Assembly: GCA_021817785.1 (NCBI GenBank)
Contig: JAKAFY010000005.1
Coordinates: 553 to 64,552, forward strand
Source: a bacterium
Lineage (GTDB): Bacteria > Patescibacteriota > Microgenomatia > UBA10105 > UBA927
DNA: 64,000 bases
Direction of reading: 5' to 3'
Every line of letters starts with the position of its first letter. The first letter of the stretch is position 1. Below the pieces are notes generated by a model. The model did no database searches, had not been told where the DNA came from, and was given only the letters and a program-made list of their open reading frames with translations. Position numbers and translations under genes: made by a program. This document shows, in pieces, positions 61,001 through 64,000 of the stretch.

Positions 61001-64000
61001 TTTGCCTGAACTTCAAGTTATTAATGAACAAACAATGGCCCGATGGGACGCGTTTTTGCAGCGCCTTCGCTCTCTGTGGCAGGGGATGAGGCTAGGAGAA
61101 ACACAGACGAGCACGGTAAAAGTAGATATTCAGAGTCCAGTAAGCGCATTATCAGCAAGTGTTTTTAGTTTGGCGAGGCTTACTACTGTTCCTTCTGATG
61201 CGACGCTATTGGCGAGTCCAAACTTTTTATCAACATTTCGTAACGATATACAAATAGAAGGATGGCCAGGAGATAGCTGGAAAGAAGCATTACGTCGGAC
61301 ATTGGCGCCGACGCGGTATAGAAATATACCATCCACACAATTGCCAGACTCACTTATTACTTATACATTACGTTCCTACGGAAGAGCAGATTTTGTTATA
61401 CCAACAGCGCCTCTCATTGATGAAAAAGGTATTCAGTTTCCTGTAATTCAACGGAAAGGGATCGGAGCGGCTCAAGGTAATATACAAATTTCCTCAGATG
61501 CATTTGGTGCCCCCGTGGAGAAACGACAGGACGTAACAACATACGGATTTACTGGTCAAATGTCATTTCAAGAGGATGCTCAAGTAACAAAGGAATGGGA
61601 AGACGTCGGGATGCGAGTCCGCAAGCCAATCGCGGCATTCGATTTAAATCAGGTATTTGCTCGATCGGTTACATCAGGGAAGGGAAGTGGAGCTTTGACT
61701 CCGGAATTGTTACAAAAAGAGGGGTTTGATATATACGGAAATCCTGTTATTGCGCTTTGGGCGAGACGGAATCCATATACCTTTCAGGATTTTATAGGAT
61801 TGACTGATGATATGCGTCGGCTTCCATCGCACCCGACTCAGCTTTCCAAAGACGCCCTCAGAGAGCGTTTGGATCAGTTTTTGCAAATCCAGGCATCATT
61901 TTTGCAATATGATTCTGATCCTGAAGCACGGAGGATTGCCTCATTACTGGCTCGGGGAAATGGAAGCGGACTTAACGAATGGATGAAATGGTTATCATCT
62001 AGATACGGAGAGCAGGAAGGGAACAAAGTTCTCCATGGGTTGGTTGATGGCGAACAACATCGTCAAAACAGAGATTTTGGAGTAGAGTATACCGATTTAG
62101 CTGATTTAGCACATCACAACTACGGATCATACGAACAAGCTCCGCGGATGGAGCAGGCCGAATTGGCGAAAGAGGTCATGTTTACATATTTGCCTATCGT
62201 AGAAGTGCAGGTCGCATTTAATCTAGCAAACAATAAACCATGGGATACAGATTTGGATACGGTAAACTCAAATTTTTTCCGCAACTTTTTTGCAGTGATC
62301 GATACTAAACCCGATGTGGCTAAAAGTGTCTCTCAATATTTTAAATTAGAGCCTATGTCTGAGTACATCGGGGGGAGTGGTCTGTACGGCATAAGTGATA
62401 GCTATTTTGTAAACGATTCGACACCTCCGGTTGTTGTAGGTGTGCCATTGAATATTGTGAGCGCTTTAGAGGAGAAATTGTATATGCAAACTATAACAAT
62501 AAATACGCTCAATTCTCTCAAAATACTGCCCTCCGAGTTTCTAACTAGAGTGTTATATAAGTCAATTTATGCGATATTTTCTATTGGCACGCATGGTTAT
62601 ATAGGGGTGATCCGTTTAGCTGATAGATTCCAATCGCAGAGTGGGAATATAGGACAAAAGTTATATAGTGCGTTTTTTCCGAATGGGAGGAATAGATACA
62701 CAGCGGATGCAAGACGGTATATACAAACATTAGGATCAACGCAGGCAGTCATTCGATTTGTCGTCGCCTCTCTTTCATCTTCAGATAACAATCAATTTAC
62801 AAACATGCCGTACAGGGCTATAGAATCTAACTTTCAGTATCTATTAGCAGTTAACGTTCGTGAACAATTGCATATACCAGAAGATAGTTATGACTCATAC
62901 CCCATTGCTGCCGAGGTTATGCGACTTACTGGAATTAATACACTCATAAATCAAATATACGAAGCGATTCCAGAACAAAGACCTGTTATTTTACGCGCCT
63001 GGCAACATGCATCTCAAGATCCTTGGTGGCAACCAGCCGTAGTCGGAGCAGAACGATTCTGGCAGAGTATTTTGAATTCAATAAACGATCAGTCATTACG
63101 GAGCACAAATAAACAAGTGATGGCAGTCGGGGAAATGACCGACCGTATCTTCGGCTTTTTCCGCTCTCTGTGGCAGGGGATAGTAAACCATTTCATGCCG
63201 GAACAGCAAGCCCCGTTTACCCAAAGAAGACCGCAATTTGTAAAACAATTGATTGAACAACAATATGCCATTGTTGTACGTCCTCCAGTGTTTGGTATAC
63301 ATAAATATCCACTTGAAGGGAAACCGCAATATCAGTTCAAACATTTTACGAGTACCGATGTTATCAAGTTAAAGCTTCAAGATGCCTCTGGTATTGTGAA
63401 AATTACGGATTTAGGTACTGCAGATGCTTCATTTTTATACGAAACATCTCGCGTCTGGAAAGATCGCGTGTTTGTAACAGGAATTTCTGCCTATAATTAT
63501 TCTCCAGTAGGCTTGCCGTCTCGTAATACACGGTATATAAGTGGCGAAGAAGCACAAATGGAGACGCTTTCCCAGCGCAATACGATAGCACACGGATCGC
63601 AAGACGTTATATTTGCTAAAAATACATTAAATTATGCCGTCGATCCACTGGGCACATTGTCTGAACTGTTTGAATTATTGAAACCAGGAGGTTTTATCGT
63701 TGTTGATAATTCATTTCCACCGACTACTATTTCCGGTCTTACTTCACAGCAGTATGGCGGCATGATCGCGTGGATGAATATGCACGGATATCGTATAGTT
63801 TCAAATTGGTCTTATGATCCTGTAAGCCGAACCAATCAAGTTAATAGTTTTATACTCCGAAAAACAACAGAGCAACCCCACTTGTCTTGGCCGCTCCAGT
63901 ATGGGCAACAGAGATTGGCACCTAATTCTTCAGTATCTATTTCATATGTCATTGATCCAAATATTCCGATTTTGCATAGTCAATCGATCTTTGATGGGAT
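28071..64000 (+). CDS. giant multidomain protein, N-terminal >=11,976 codons (3'-partial; ORF runs off the window)
   Basis: Frame (position mod 3 = 0) is open from the TGA at 27885-27887 to position 64000. The first ATG is at 28071 (MVFALSTFLIVW...). In-frame alternative starts are GTG 27891 and TTG 27972. Frame continuity was checked by hand at 35280, 45900, 52140, 60000 and 63960. No + strand frame-0 ORF appears in the supplied track, which is consistent with a single unterminated ORF. All minus-strand ORFs across these 36 kb are short. The domain-like motifs are listed separately in the findings. Confidence 0.85.
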   Translation, partial: MVFALSTFLIVWRVGQQRQTGDLRQFATGDVYQNCVGLSGLDLTICQETGVRPTQPPYIPPPSPTNAPPAATKTPDQICAAQPQNQQDQCYLNLRKPTATAYVVPPHVTFPPTPIPTDRVWCTLRCKGDAGCISGCSLGLPYSTPVPTVPTKVPTVVTLAPIHSISEGIGNGCSDPKLTADQRSKCLAAAVGNISVAPSPVSGNFSKSCQACVSVRGSVGACASACGLTSSVTPAPSLIASVPTLKVTPAPQVGARIGFGVGTGAFTIPIVTQASIVSTVMNLWNQYISHTTPTPAPAPLTATGGNSNVNASAVKPTTLIPGSGCSILPWDSNNCKNCPGGKWHPGWTASCDANPAPPANQNLSNNAPSTVPSPASEIAHPVNQSPDNLTIVPSTVPPPVVTPIVPTVPPNPGTSVTPAVTPIITPMPGAGLACSGSNVTVGNVAVGGQKYGPNGDVTRKCTYDPTTHETAWVECPGCKVTVGTPEVMAAYKAQNDAFDAQLNMLTQNILNCMSSGKDQVTCQAEYLYGLGKQSPAYLGLLQDQISVQIKTSEAQATYNQKMEQHDLCIAQHQDSPNQCRGYEQAALMALQQVGYDTTDAKTMAALTTAYQTYIAQKASNLFLSAEVAYAGCVAQQKQDAGINCSQYQKNATDAMTYGGTPTAEQRAARLLRYSNYQKATDIWNTPNSVVCPTVDCDPEQRKQQRVAALNMDPNDAQLAHDNWFANIAYSLQYGTVGTIERVGKILATKPSDCKDTASCLDVLKNTLTGEQYAQVKTRVDQLALADINNAPDTTALSFAKDHKNDPMFKNVDTNDINAVRLAIDNSLPQNLRRASLAHLAQPASSGGTTAASTETPLAKAYAAYRNDLSLDASTRTLLGKPSSDPSLTVAEANFYTTQQNNLNTLCSHVSVQDCALYSAQFKAGTIVPSDAAAAYQKSSLSFSFRIPTFLTTSQSTKKVGAGKSGTVTVTTPLSKVQTGSIDINIAPVQWMDSAFNWIQRQQIALTPFRPGDYAQKNTEAQLVLLATDPAKQKAVFAALDQTADYRKFAASLHASNVDPHEAYITQQLTKFYQNEGYLQNAGKFAPTTVDNSKQDYVTLVMRGDVNVSSAVSSIGLGKMVGGVYANTLTAVGDTVLSPILKLTHLTPTIKVANLVSGGVTPEENQTADTVVTALIRTNSAAWDAYVQQKSKDPEYLAWAQNNPKDSSIVAFAKWQYAQSLALTENMKAGGYELSSAQDLFTKSPTWLTDGVLAGKINIGDIKSILSASQQSVTTDLNRNLTILETNNTNLPTSSYQARRQAAFAQLQTSVLNAQADALVKVYQESQNTPEVLAALQSKLTAQHITTDPLVYQQQQLKAYLLNPDTTFLLGSGGTTVDVAGIMDGTYDMAAASRAYNDLNKRPLESFVFAINKFEKGSYLQGQQLLSDPNSSLYDKGRAVVMMTAKPVGTVLMLAAPPLRVLQIGVNAVTAADVLAIGGEALGFQMTGSSAADTAVACTLRPGMDAAGCATNFGMMVFAGWSTLSSVNAVNSIAETAMIKSGQNVGFVERFMNSNKLLSGLVPDGDKALIQAAALRNGVIPATADNIAALESAVAKAYAPVAHNAFAEGARNALGTAVFGSAAIQACSQEGLNADCLSRASLAFLSLSRTILPSQVVSNTNALAGQTVMRADQLTNAALAGLSCSAAALGKGSLDDCITTAMMSGMTFAGEAVQKAQSSSNGLTLKNPFAAKELAIKDLSLLENMKATDPPIIMDGTPVNFLDRTVAADSVRARLVQATIESRIIIAQGSALAAGFKTLPAADQTIAQHAAVTAGDAWNSLFTDTGALRPGVADQVMGARQALTIASSELARETALLTDPRNGAQQAVDRLLGVRSKDAAALADFHTAREAYLELARSAEYDPATGVLRNGETLAIAEQRLARAGETLSLVNASRGEIWYATHLNQTRDALAVINRQIDIETLQQQLLLDQAKLPDVRRLAREQADAAQIHLRTLEQTNASPEVRAIAQEALRLATERLSAAEDVATHIQNPADIALYRTERANALSTLQARAETIQGEMTLLAAGQKAAQTFGGRLAIAVLGLPDQPTPFAELIGRTPEQIVQARTTAITEVGKRSLSNIEDLVNETIDVMRASSDGTITRERAIEIAMDELSATDAKGNTKIYTDALAQAKEALMKQGITNETTLARESMRIARTVADQFVANNEAIRAALAKGESPDVAFAIRQSTASKVSTAIVNFIEQNTVGRIKVYQIRQENKAMLSQLRVALKAEYKPLVEKLANINNDRGGISLSQETKPGANDALIAYDTHKSVKPGKLVVDDIKLTDTGRKAGLTEKDVTFLKDNLQSIQGVQGYTAHTEQVDYILAFLESLGDGNARRIYGAVMGLGKTDFVMPATTLLQAQLSDQTQVIVFPEDKLMNQYLGGNSQKMLDLFKAKIDPKGEGLVLVVDPSKPPSAEAIAKAKVIITTRDIAFLLDATDASGLAMRAKWRGAFIQSDEGHWTLNATESFRTSFGKQTQIMQTDSGKMKRVAIASVEQLQSVRELIDLAKTGKLTDAEVRRNADKTGSFTDPTEQEILREWLQKKKNAGQLPPALEAALQAGSVADMRAKITEFFDTNASARTGPLGAEISVIGKLADLFAATPKVEYGAASFDRNGTLVDMIAPLDMTKATGRMYQGELEQLLYNTIGAEIVGKNIDLTNLVSNSQSRDINFGLLMLEASGFAIYTGTPELIAPLYKSAYGIDLTQYGLNAHEVVTKQINTGLASQQSQVFQSTDDALTNRLHKGEPVAIVNLRDTLYRTNESAFETIQRHLDTGDRLYVAKAAGGFEEYVRLADGSMQRVAVYTDKTGINASIANHITEPIVVMYEFGAHTGVDVSLPDNTRELVLTDTNSRINETVFDQGVKRVRPDTALVDVVHVGGDGTIESVYRQLDVQQRQDMALAEVQFKETLLRNSVDQLLSRLNAVQTTTAGGITQGVDYAARLKALQDQWQVTKDLSYDLSTHNISAQDKLQRTLDQVKSMYGEIYASIQSDVTLRAAFAVSAGDTKDLAINLQPDPKGVHKLSAVSSLADVVTYINKSTDPKVIADAGVTFTERGPSAEAVTADARNVQPTNIIADGDAITAETIAAENQARQDALAKNSGNGNNPTLPGSGPQTPGGSGPVQPGGAGGGPANNGGGGTTNTGGGGGTTQSNGGGSTQNTGSVNTGSNTTGPTTVSQMTSQARQAVIRAAVDTSGTQPVVRAGISPQQTLQALAAATIEAQNLRNNPFSRIRILPIARTLERQEQAELALADALQGPVQAAIEQELGVTLSGSGLPAIASARDSAVSYLAALAIGDADVAQSHLTDLNKAIENVAAAQGSAYTGRQTADIAPHIVAAFLPPSAVTAKPIIQTISGQINTNTVSNPSTWRATIGIMWSGIKHYGFNPNPLTLFTIFGSTTNRWDVLGQVGGWIMFRIAPLFVPGGQFVAVPLLAYDGVRLITYPFRALARFIFTRPMIRDIVIGKSVAQLALRWHLNQTMLNILAGSRNGFFESYVNAVPGWPKGTTFFKGLIGTFTWASRFQAMWGYDAFRLLRRYTQQINHIADTDMPLHQLPVTQPNYWDTNGFLLGFVPRALVNATPRNNLFGYLLTRWLVPIVITSLVAPLLMLIPVVGPYIAVMVVAIIISMPHSYDSHRLWHEGGWQHADIWNTKKGHITPWASWGATVTITVPAPQQFSKGVLEAGHTLVRGATITVTRRDGSVETAILDTVSNDRIAANNSWTIRSAADNSVIGWVTQGDITVNMSPAIASQPVVPIPSGGLSAADIDAFAEALTGPQVQTLFQREIAFLPLGCSECTDFVKQSINTHLAAAQQKIVAGDLAGAIAQLDQALHEIDMHVKNHTGGPVNTMLFNLVRYVILRHQAALYTALGDTKHAADVMAIARSYRVKALIEIDTKIHAYNAGDTRFEAINDALSYYTAQREKDFSDILLMQDANQAQQALDDLTAEISNRPTNPTLWDRVTAMAARILVKQPDPLAGYATEIANANAHIAARRNPPVRHEARVGDTYRFAPSAYPANVNALTGASIGGDTTSKILIPGLGLGLYASFDNGRWQLHHQDRFKSGVFINTTPVPVNKQGPLSSGDTIVIGDVRLVVTIDSDNSLMIHIEQLVSGQPAQHPVVHKNDTQHFAANDFTTPDQVVTLGINIYSTIRFDPGQAPSIQPHHAHVFRNSGSWIITSADTQATGTIRRPDGSEYPLQGLTGLHDGDILYLGSDVVITVNVDPTTHDLTLLETTIGDSVEVARNKTEARAKLQAIIDLGKNPAGYDNAKLSAYVSDLQTVADGLAQADQAVFGTNTTALSGQLHQAALELGQLVVGYHTRVYNNNAPFFDFSRVQQMEDDVNTIPELTKEEKAQVWDGFEKTVYRDYIGSVYGSIAGMETEMYGSSHSLPPSDLDSMSLADLQREKTMAEGTFAVTNDAYKEFLRDKNRFETNRKAIQAKARAMADAMNTAFAKGQMTKNIRVEVSQEGIIQLIPADNSPLLSLRIGLDTPQEYISDQRDDGAVHIILGTTGLSVAPAILNIESRNVGSGVGNEALSIIETVVKRAGFGGMLVQGNTSVLSFGFWSTNEYWVADTKQNLDELQRYSRARQMYKIFGKALPKPTQEVSRREQINRLQAQIFGWLALARSINMSSDELRTSMSPDDLQKLVIGKTNIYIAGALVPDGLPLAWQEPIILALTDLEAGVPPLGMYDTSVRVLNRPEVHNALIQLIGAIKAQTDGGGEYLKALGEAIVAGANNPKEMAKLLNNLTSYWTTPAKILKDSSLPGRQQFIDTYGPVIAKGESGNQFADALYTHYSALKSEEQDALAALFADDGTMRTPVAHAIQTLKPSYAQKRREDSLTVAARDALLPEIKTLHAFTFLSDDEIKNEIPTDITNQVVEGAYVMDTNVSGELSALAPQQQAVVRNGFDVRADIVRDAWAKSDISPFGALFDTNVLFSSLVSQIADLHEADAVSQFRAALSAFPSDLYASMRARDTVNKPDAYQIQAEIHAKYVAATIRGKISSSFPMQEQRLLAFLNNGLLENNNHPPFPNLESLLKYLLIGDVPSDQQFDEASLRERVASMDTGVTGPLMDTLAKAIQQMLPLLDGIVARSEPLPAVNIAPGTTTTTHVALLRAMHDYNDNAPRSMRFTPASDFTLRPIEDQVNEFLTFVENRTGQWTRQTSPREGKVGVANTFNGMTFAEGKAPLIIGTSKSNTIWFDSAVAKSVAEKHAEIYLELHSDSPNKLWIRAVSDTTPITIFDHRGEKLRTQSGAVLGDGYTIQLGSDVVLSVKYDNYSYQFTLTPTKVGEAITADALDQLLAKLIPGYDTQKLPPEQVTAIRKAVYGLVPAGAAAESLDAALKQPAVQEFLTTLQTNINALTKAQLPNVQAIIGNVQTDYQTVLARLPIFIRVLGSVNIADVNNVTIALTSMNAAIQVAETNPQLSALAVASSDRNSFVEDQSVINLLRGIILNAFGTHAIIVSELSPDTYSSLVTSLGEYVWSLAVKTPSLDGFWDADRGAILIQKALDEKDNRTPVLPEFVELTNQAVGSDKVLYMEVYAEEILTNREILYFLDLARTRILAQQQKLEKYNADWRRLQLAAEQDPAIKIGKELEKLYPLESNALMMQSAGGSLQLDEANRAISYITGVPIEEVQKGNYPKGTKPDLTPEVIRSRLVAHGDYDHVLSETEIGRLMIAEDEKDHYDIMRTRTPRFAPVGGTLDQNPLVNLLFGLTGKRYRIPADNAALTEEDVVVAFERNYDFLVQDYALPTLISSSGKPDVYFNALMVVAQENGVEVKLVSDPSNPQPQARGLFHGTPTNKTIYIPTLDSNSNRELAHELVHALQFIKHPGMSRLMREFEAYLISDYPKNRVPKVGYLRKFLQIIADTVGPTYVAVGQPIPWEFQPVDVSNSAPEGSDISTPVALDQLLAKLIPGYDKLKKDQQTAVRKTIYGLVPGISFGENIDDALQQPAVQEFLTTLQTNIGALTKAQLPNVQEIIGNVQTDYQTVLARLPIYALVMSSANVTDVPKALIAAQKAIDEVEHSPHLSVGAQTAASASVFTDDMKFSVTENVMRASLGSQGYTGTAEDIALIHQQYGISDDELNTLITALWTYVWNRESREIQIRDQLNSILSDASPEFKALPEFERDDIIEALRISYPDNTTLAAVATDFSESGKRAKELHALVTLLAQKTSINDYVLTSIMLHTPQNPETWSTLYDTSIKVSALLEQVSESNRQDQSKQAYQVLLQAIKLIGNDQTVWSVMQREADRFINVIAILAAKRSGGITPKDAQALYTALRIPVAQKTKYDGLLNKSDLSVLGAPEADSKWAAFDALAVVYFRKVPEAPSEDPRVQEIRGLYGRFVRSLSTVQGVYVIKMSSEWAAVLSLLKGGSIVYVPNGALDTKFEPKAVVDAATFQSGIREAVDYMNFPSKEAYARAKITVWILDKMLSVEQYYASKNTLSVLQQKSGELGQIDQQISALLRTDLSSGTTQESLQQIYAALYALLPADSGFPADDTSEIDALISSINTFGQPKEVRQVVTHLATTFGIPDEQIKQVVDQVVANLKDSTAAGTVPAWKAIEDALNAKPKFAKDVLPLIKNQFAALQKAQADVSRIQALLTIYARTLISIPLGKIAEAPTVLSQEQKAIAALEESSSGWVSDATTIDEFLADNTRTGTTNEVRIQTGLKDTKILQPKDDKTPNAFGISLTNYTRIVSDIGQYLWKKGEDVRTKAILAMVEPYDAQRDASYISRIEQAAKTNGLQIKVVGYIAKGAQGYVYLVQLLNAKQVNIPEYVAAKADDLAQKLGVNDAPHEYELAGKLRQAEQTGEFDISDPSKLYTVDPYAVDAKNKVLFEELVLTQKWDDESQDAKISRAMQFGHRTYLVRQAGFYNQDKIGDYLADINNKLHFFDSSSYGTNPKLALDANSRFITRIVEALYPASGATVENIFSAQFTNDTNRLNVLLQSRLFVSLPKIIQYNILLLLGKISSNSGQNLNSAAAFKELLLDMLSVTANNHIDSKFIPAELHGEYQQQAIIHRFSRFDNENILGMAGITIEQGANAEDKLLISNIVQSPSLNLIYSWHDFNVGVPYEKYYAGIFINLTTQEKIDHIIGLDLSQFDLSPEDYAVMRVIQWHAQYVRYGFMMTGHPDVNNASAMNPSESAVAQQLRTYGVIKVLKKMGSRMELEAAQGHQQAVDKELLPSMRAFQDAFVQNIFGGDKRKLNKQDFPLTPEQVKKDIDSYVPNTANTVSTQLTALISDATPLKTDEQKAQIKAVVDATLAEMDAVTLPQDISALKPAISVIYGDGTSLVQLPDFLKRLPVFIRELVAATPKEMEKLLIGTNTAVTAMKNFPIGFNNPAGTTEDAFVKDVKNRTFVRDMLVDGHLYPANYSGIPITDAIIEQIHTDYGLTSTEFDGVVTAILHYLYTPTEEGGTESILGASLISQFGITADADKQAVQNSLRDGLTGVTLSGPLVTALSDPKSAPSQFTGTVIKELRADGATAPAISRILPTILWVYDHAAADKKPLVATTLIPKINEVDAANAIMWKTFVDGNATEQYFIDTGSVVVGTSFDTVLSSLLPDQAADAHSKVVNAYLRYARIKHGSRVTTELQSFLGYVTQPEHVPMPPTAPQVFKDMQKTVEESPSQTTAYEVQAINQLASLYRTDLTVKRTGGAEGKAPMVEVNGKELLPIAGHMYRYIYKLDDTHVLKFDMGGQNESELELEALNDNVRAVSPILGWGIASDGSVFLIEEYSDVVISQSDNTQLRGDIQGIIELWNSAYVNSSVAEQQAFLHEYGLQSADEINQLEQIVKVDEQIHLDDFAMASQNKPESGQIGRGRISHRLQLIDFGQNSVRSGYAPYLRSFTHLQEIVDKIVADRKSGSVGGEVSALATQAWDAKNEAWVDAAIEALSHEGFTDWNGLLVSYFRAYRGPKDEMLTPKQVEDAVNHYEPTFLISILLKADRNQEVVDPLFADLTRQIRLLLPFDKEPDVQLATMRMVLTILHGIKAGAFPAETLVRFIGEADANVSGAFRVFASSIKQPSVQNVFMQMSDVVDEASSFQDEITMQMAMLFEIVRSGDIAHLPKVATTLPSVLQKYQTRTAGVPIGDNAVGYGAAMTKIHTQFGPDTLRMRDASLEIMLVQTNEKKERLENIIDDMIRELGVQSNNPSQRKRYQQLFVNILSFMSRSDQRATNRLSAKIAHEVELLDHALNDTVESQKILAEIAVDAKPLLPTLFATPAGRSEVREAVIQQTVDTVLRRRLPLAASDDEATKKNPTYPRYTSALREWHNAALLYIEHQHGAPSEAIAVLHAFRDAAHANITNPRDRALRLIREAYTKRNSDPVISSALTPKEQDLLFGHYLYYLFNQQDRIAQFPTLDNVIGRDNLAFVGSVRRDDTTQANALAAKLKTSPLLLQLDKDLGPIVAELQAIKSADTTSIYANIKFGMEQHFSMTERYDLIVNLLDSDQAIFDTAIKWFTDKGFAHVKEDFGTWDGGGSSTTNASGHLAQNAAPAANDINAQIAKFVGDIQAAGYPANYPVVLNGVVQDKSVVLKIDVSRLQAQLEKISTAANQSFDITISLGNAEVLFGSIARSGGVTRINPYDRSGARTISNVRFVLRQHIQSLDLALRDKANVDLAVLNKVLYGFLSSQTGPTVTLTQDQVLQLIDAMRSEMNLQDVPGPVKFALGAVGINDKSMAAMTIEPKFSNGIWSVAIQLAKFSFTAEIHTSQTSDQGFEIAGLPGALTRFVTPAEMMRSINKRLARHGVSRPISKLDIQKDGSIVATFEGQQSQIPRAQGQVRTGFAISLGVAAAYILKIPVVLTAAHAVQSILIAAGHITIPIYSWFPDMQHQISALFQPVTLQYALSLVGISGARPAPSKVPDILSGPTHTMSMADKRQMLSLIPQGFLQAIVTQVLRKPGATFANFRATVDRYRFVTVMFDDHRPGFAALQQNVAKGKIDAAVLRQFRMILTERILNAFMAHTGNMMMTPKTPLYQYVFISMAQNRSTFLRSLREFIESNAAGEVIQQTLREYKLDGILPYRRTGDYLGFFVGGDPTQPLVLENVDGKLVQHTPSSPDISDTVNAAPLGVEIEQAISMDPITLRAWQDTDSLPIYIVNAPQGPGVVSVISDKKGGIPISVRPLAVQDIIGPDEPAPIVTVASLTGDEIATLSSLAPDTYITLTDLGAHLSRADLDRMARGETIYLHGALHSVVQMSQEMKEEGGVVHQVTAVDLSPFSLISKVLSNLPDAVNLQSGFQDVLSYWYKLVVAEFRSVGLHAGLFGGDGMQAIGKLDSLDQLVAYMDFEKLFEQALRDAKDGKISPNAAAAAAVILDPKNGIAGNILVKVGFVQTEGTLRILQGSTEFIFDENPDDILATRKKFQPVAGESYDSIVALNAAAAKDIQERFGNKFASRGLKIIQQGQNYFLVRQKEAQKITVSETPVVIPQRHASWWQRIMDQGRRVIGGVWNFIKTEALRFAVSSEKGRLVISVPGSSKLPKGFENLKTVENRIHQTAPASYRATIDAHWTEIMTAIFSEEKRYRNGDDRGLINAIKNALWKFTDSKDDTETVQFLANVVQDYRGQTVGSSQTQTKQSAPQAVKAQPQASTTLAKPIVTIRNIGRKYMPNKLAGKYHHDNQDAVPESVKWHGNLFQLAADGVTRDENGGISKESGVIASQAVRWLHNELLYLSDSTANIFAKIKRVLDDANANMLYRPAGALATVAFTYVDSSNGAVYGAQVGDATSYAISLDTNEIYLLTDTKVLKKGKPYDGQRVYSVLKDGQTLSSVQGDEVESAFGDNSVLTSIRKNTLPFGKYVIITGSDQVTKLLEPYLVKRSVPNSDLQRFEATGKLKDELYSFLRILPGAKKTILDILSEFQDATGSQDDLSVTADEVEIRMPSASSTLRYGFDVQMPQLQEAYPETVKWWKDRIAAVRNFVSHAWNTWGYSPRVVALGEDLDAARKTYAKKTIVDAMVGEVRIDGDMLYASGFRPTNGLYGTTDTPVLWMIKLTPSQQKLFSGLSQEERHTRVVQMIHNATEVIVDQHGFQADRRVFAEPMQHIMAPYGVAGINQVAVAPTLGGGEGSFSGKTSYLYETMKAQFADFFTGLAGVVNVDGVRFRFIGHSTGADIVASLLHDRPNYVKPGTDFLLVSPYVETFEKQIIAFHYAPNDVVWGPLYQFVNTRYENVFVSAFQRFLIVAARLTGLDRIIIDTRLSGLAGDPAVADAASVHGIYQQAIEAAMRWYNDVLTQKPKLVLDQTVEELRARGVEITTVASFDGGDHIVNQQETEFFAEEHNIPMKNFPNSGHYLRSEDWQVLGDAYNHSSDIQEYVVKTLLTTAKDVTVAQWEVGDKSLLQKCAANGCTTVAAVNALPNGRDFQPELVFGHRDAVSKDGYVFVARVMILGKPYVIDFMAEPGKVVILPWDMYQKMYAFTPYESPDLVPSFGFPVDQEADLARKFWPELKSRHTLSLTTLTSLDPNVTAAKAMTFEQGVKVWFAAAVADTETPLIQEEVQPSQSDWIAALEEPECWAMAPVAYAQGPSGGGKPCSVQVRAALKALPALGIGSVVNVWHYSKQFVGWAGQLWQGIFRLLSQNDGGYAAPINQIKAVTGVIRSVGTTGAMHSALDQVSQIIDPIEREFPFPNEEIKQYTDADYRSMFGGTRKQFIAAFNDLTQTLLRVARTDSNEEVRRRSTIILSSMQQVRYTFGMTAQTYTRYNFDEWYGALDNDMLRLLRLLTGLWVTRGQEKVLAQKMLTDHEVLRKKYNLPADDLYELNPTEYANSLESLRQKYDISVTSMRERDFNAIFTPGDEEHAAGGATLPNGSIVLKDRIMNTWRTDPTSMHLYEHELIHAIQKKLYPGLSHEEQEYEAYVAERYLIHELQLSQDKGLELFMRGFQTSIIALYARQGKTPPWASIIIPRDIEFLEPEQMLKDIEAEFPSQRYQFDRPNLPELQVINEQTMARWDAFLQRLRSLWQGMRLGETQTSTVKVDIQSPVSALSASVFSLARLTTVPSDATLLASPNFLSTFRNDIQIEGWPGDSWKEALRRTLAPTRYRNIPSTQLPDSLITYTLRSYGRADFVIPTAPLIDEKGIQFPVIQRKGIGAAQGNIQISSDAFGAPVEKRQDVTTYGFTGQMSFQEDAQVTKEWEDVGMRVRKPIAAFDLNQVFARSVTSGKGSGALTPELLQKEGFDIYGNPVIALWARRNPYTFQDFIGLTDDMRRLPSHPTQLSKDALRERLDQFLQIQASFLQYDSDPEARRIASLLARGNGSGLNEWMKWLSSRYGEQEGNKVLHGLVDGEQHRQNRDFGVEYTDLADLAHHNYGSYEQAPRMEQAELAKEVMFTYLPIVEVQVAFNLANNKPWDTDLDTVNSNFFRNFFAVIDTKPDVAKSVSQYFKLEPMSEYIGGSGLYGISDSYFVNDSTPPVVVGVPLNIVSALEEKLYMQTITINTLNSLKILPSEFLTRVLYKSIYAIFSIGTHGYIGVIRLADRFQSQSGNIGQKLYSAFFPNGRNRYTADARRYIQTLGSTQAVIRFVVASLSSSDNNQFTNMPYRAIESNFQYLLAVNVREQLHIPEDSYDSYPIAAEVMRLTGINTLINQIYEAIPEQRPVILRAWQHASQDPWWQPAVVGAERFWQSILNSINDQSLRSTNKQVMAVGEMTDRIFGFFRSLWQGIVNHFMPEQQAPFTQRRPQFVKQLIEQQYAIVVRPPVFGIHKYPLEGKPQYQFKHFTSTDVIKLKLQDASGIVKITDLGTADASFLYETSRVWKDRVFVTGISAYNYSPVGLPSRNTRYISGEEAQMETLSQRNTIAHGSQDVIFAKNTLNYAVDPLGTLSELFELLKPGGFIVVDNSFPPTTISGLTSQQYGGMIAWMNMHGYRIVSNWSYDPVSRTNQVNSFILRKTTEQPHLSWPLQYGQQRLAPNSSVSISYVIDPNIPILHSQSIFDG
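44082..44366 (+). repeat. intragenic duplicated module, copy 1 (~285 bp)
   Basis: Encodes ALDQLLAKLIPGYDTQKL...AVQEFLTTLQTNINALTKAQLPNVQAIIGNVQTDYQTVLARLPIF. The core 44233-44366 is about 90% nt-identical to 46051-46190. Confidence 0.85.
45909..46190 (+). repeat. intragenic duplicated module, copy 2 (~282 bp)
   Basis: Encodes ALDQLLAKLIPGYDKLKK...AVQEFLTTLQTNIGALTKAQLPNVQEIIGNVQTDYQTVLARLPIY. It includes the 25/25 identical run ccgcggtgcaggaattcttaaccac. Confidence 0.85.
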
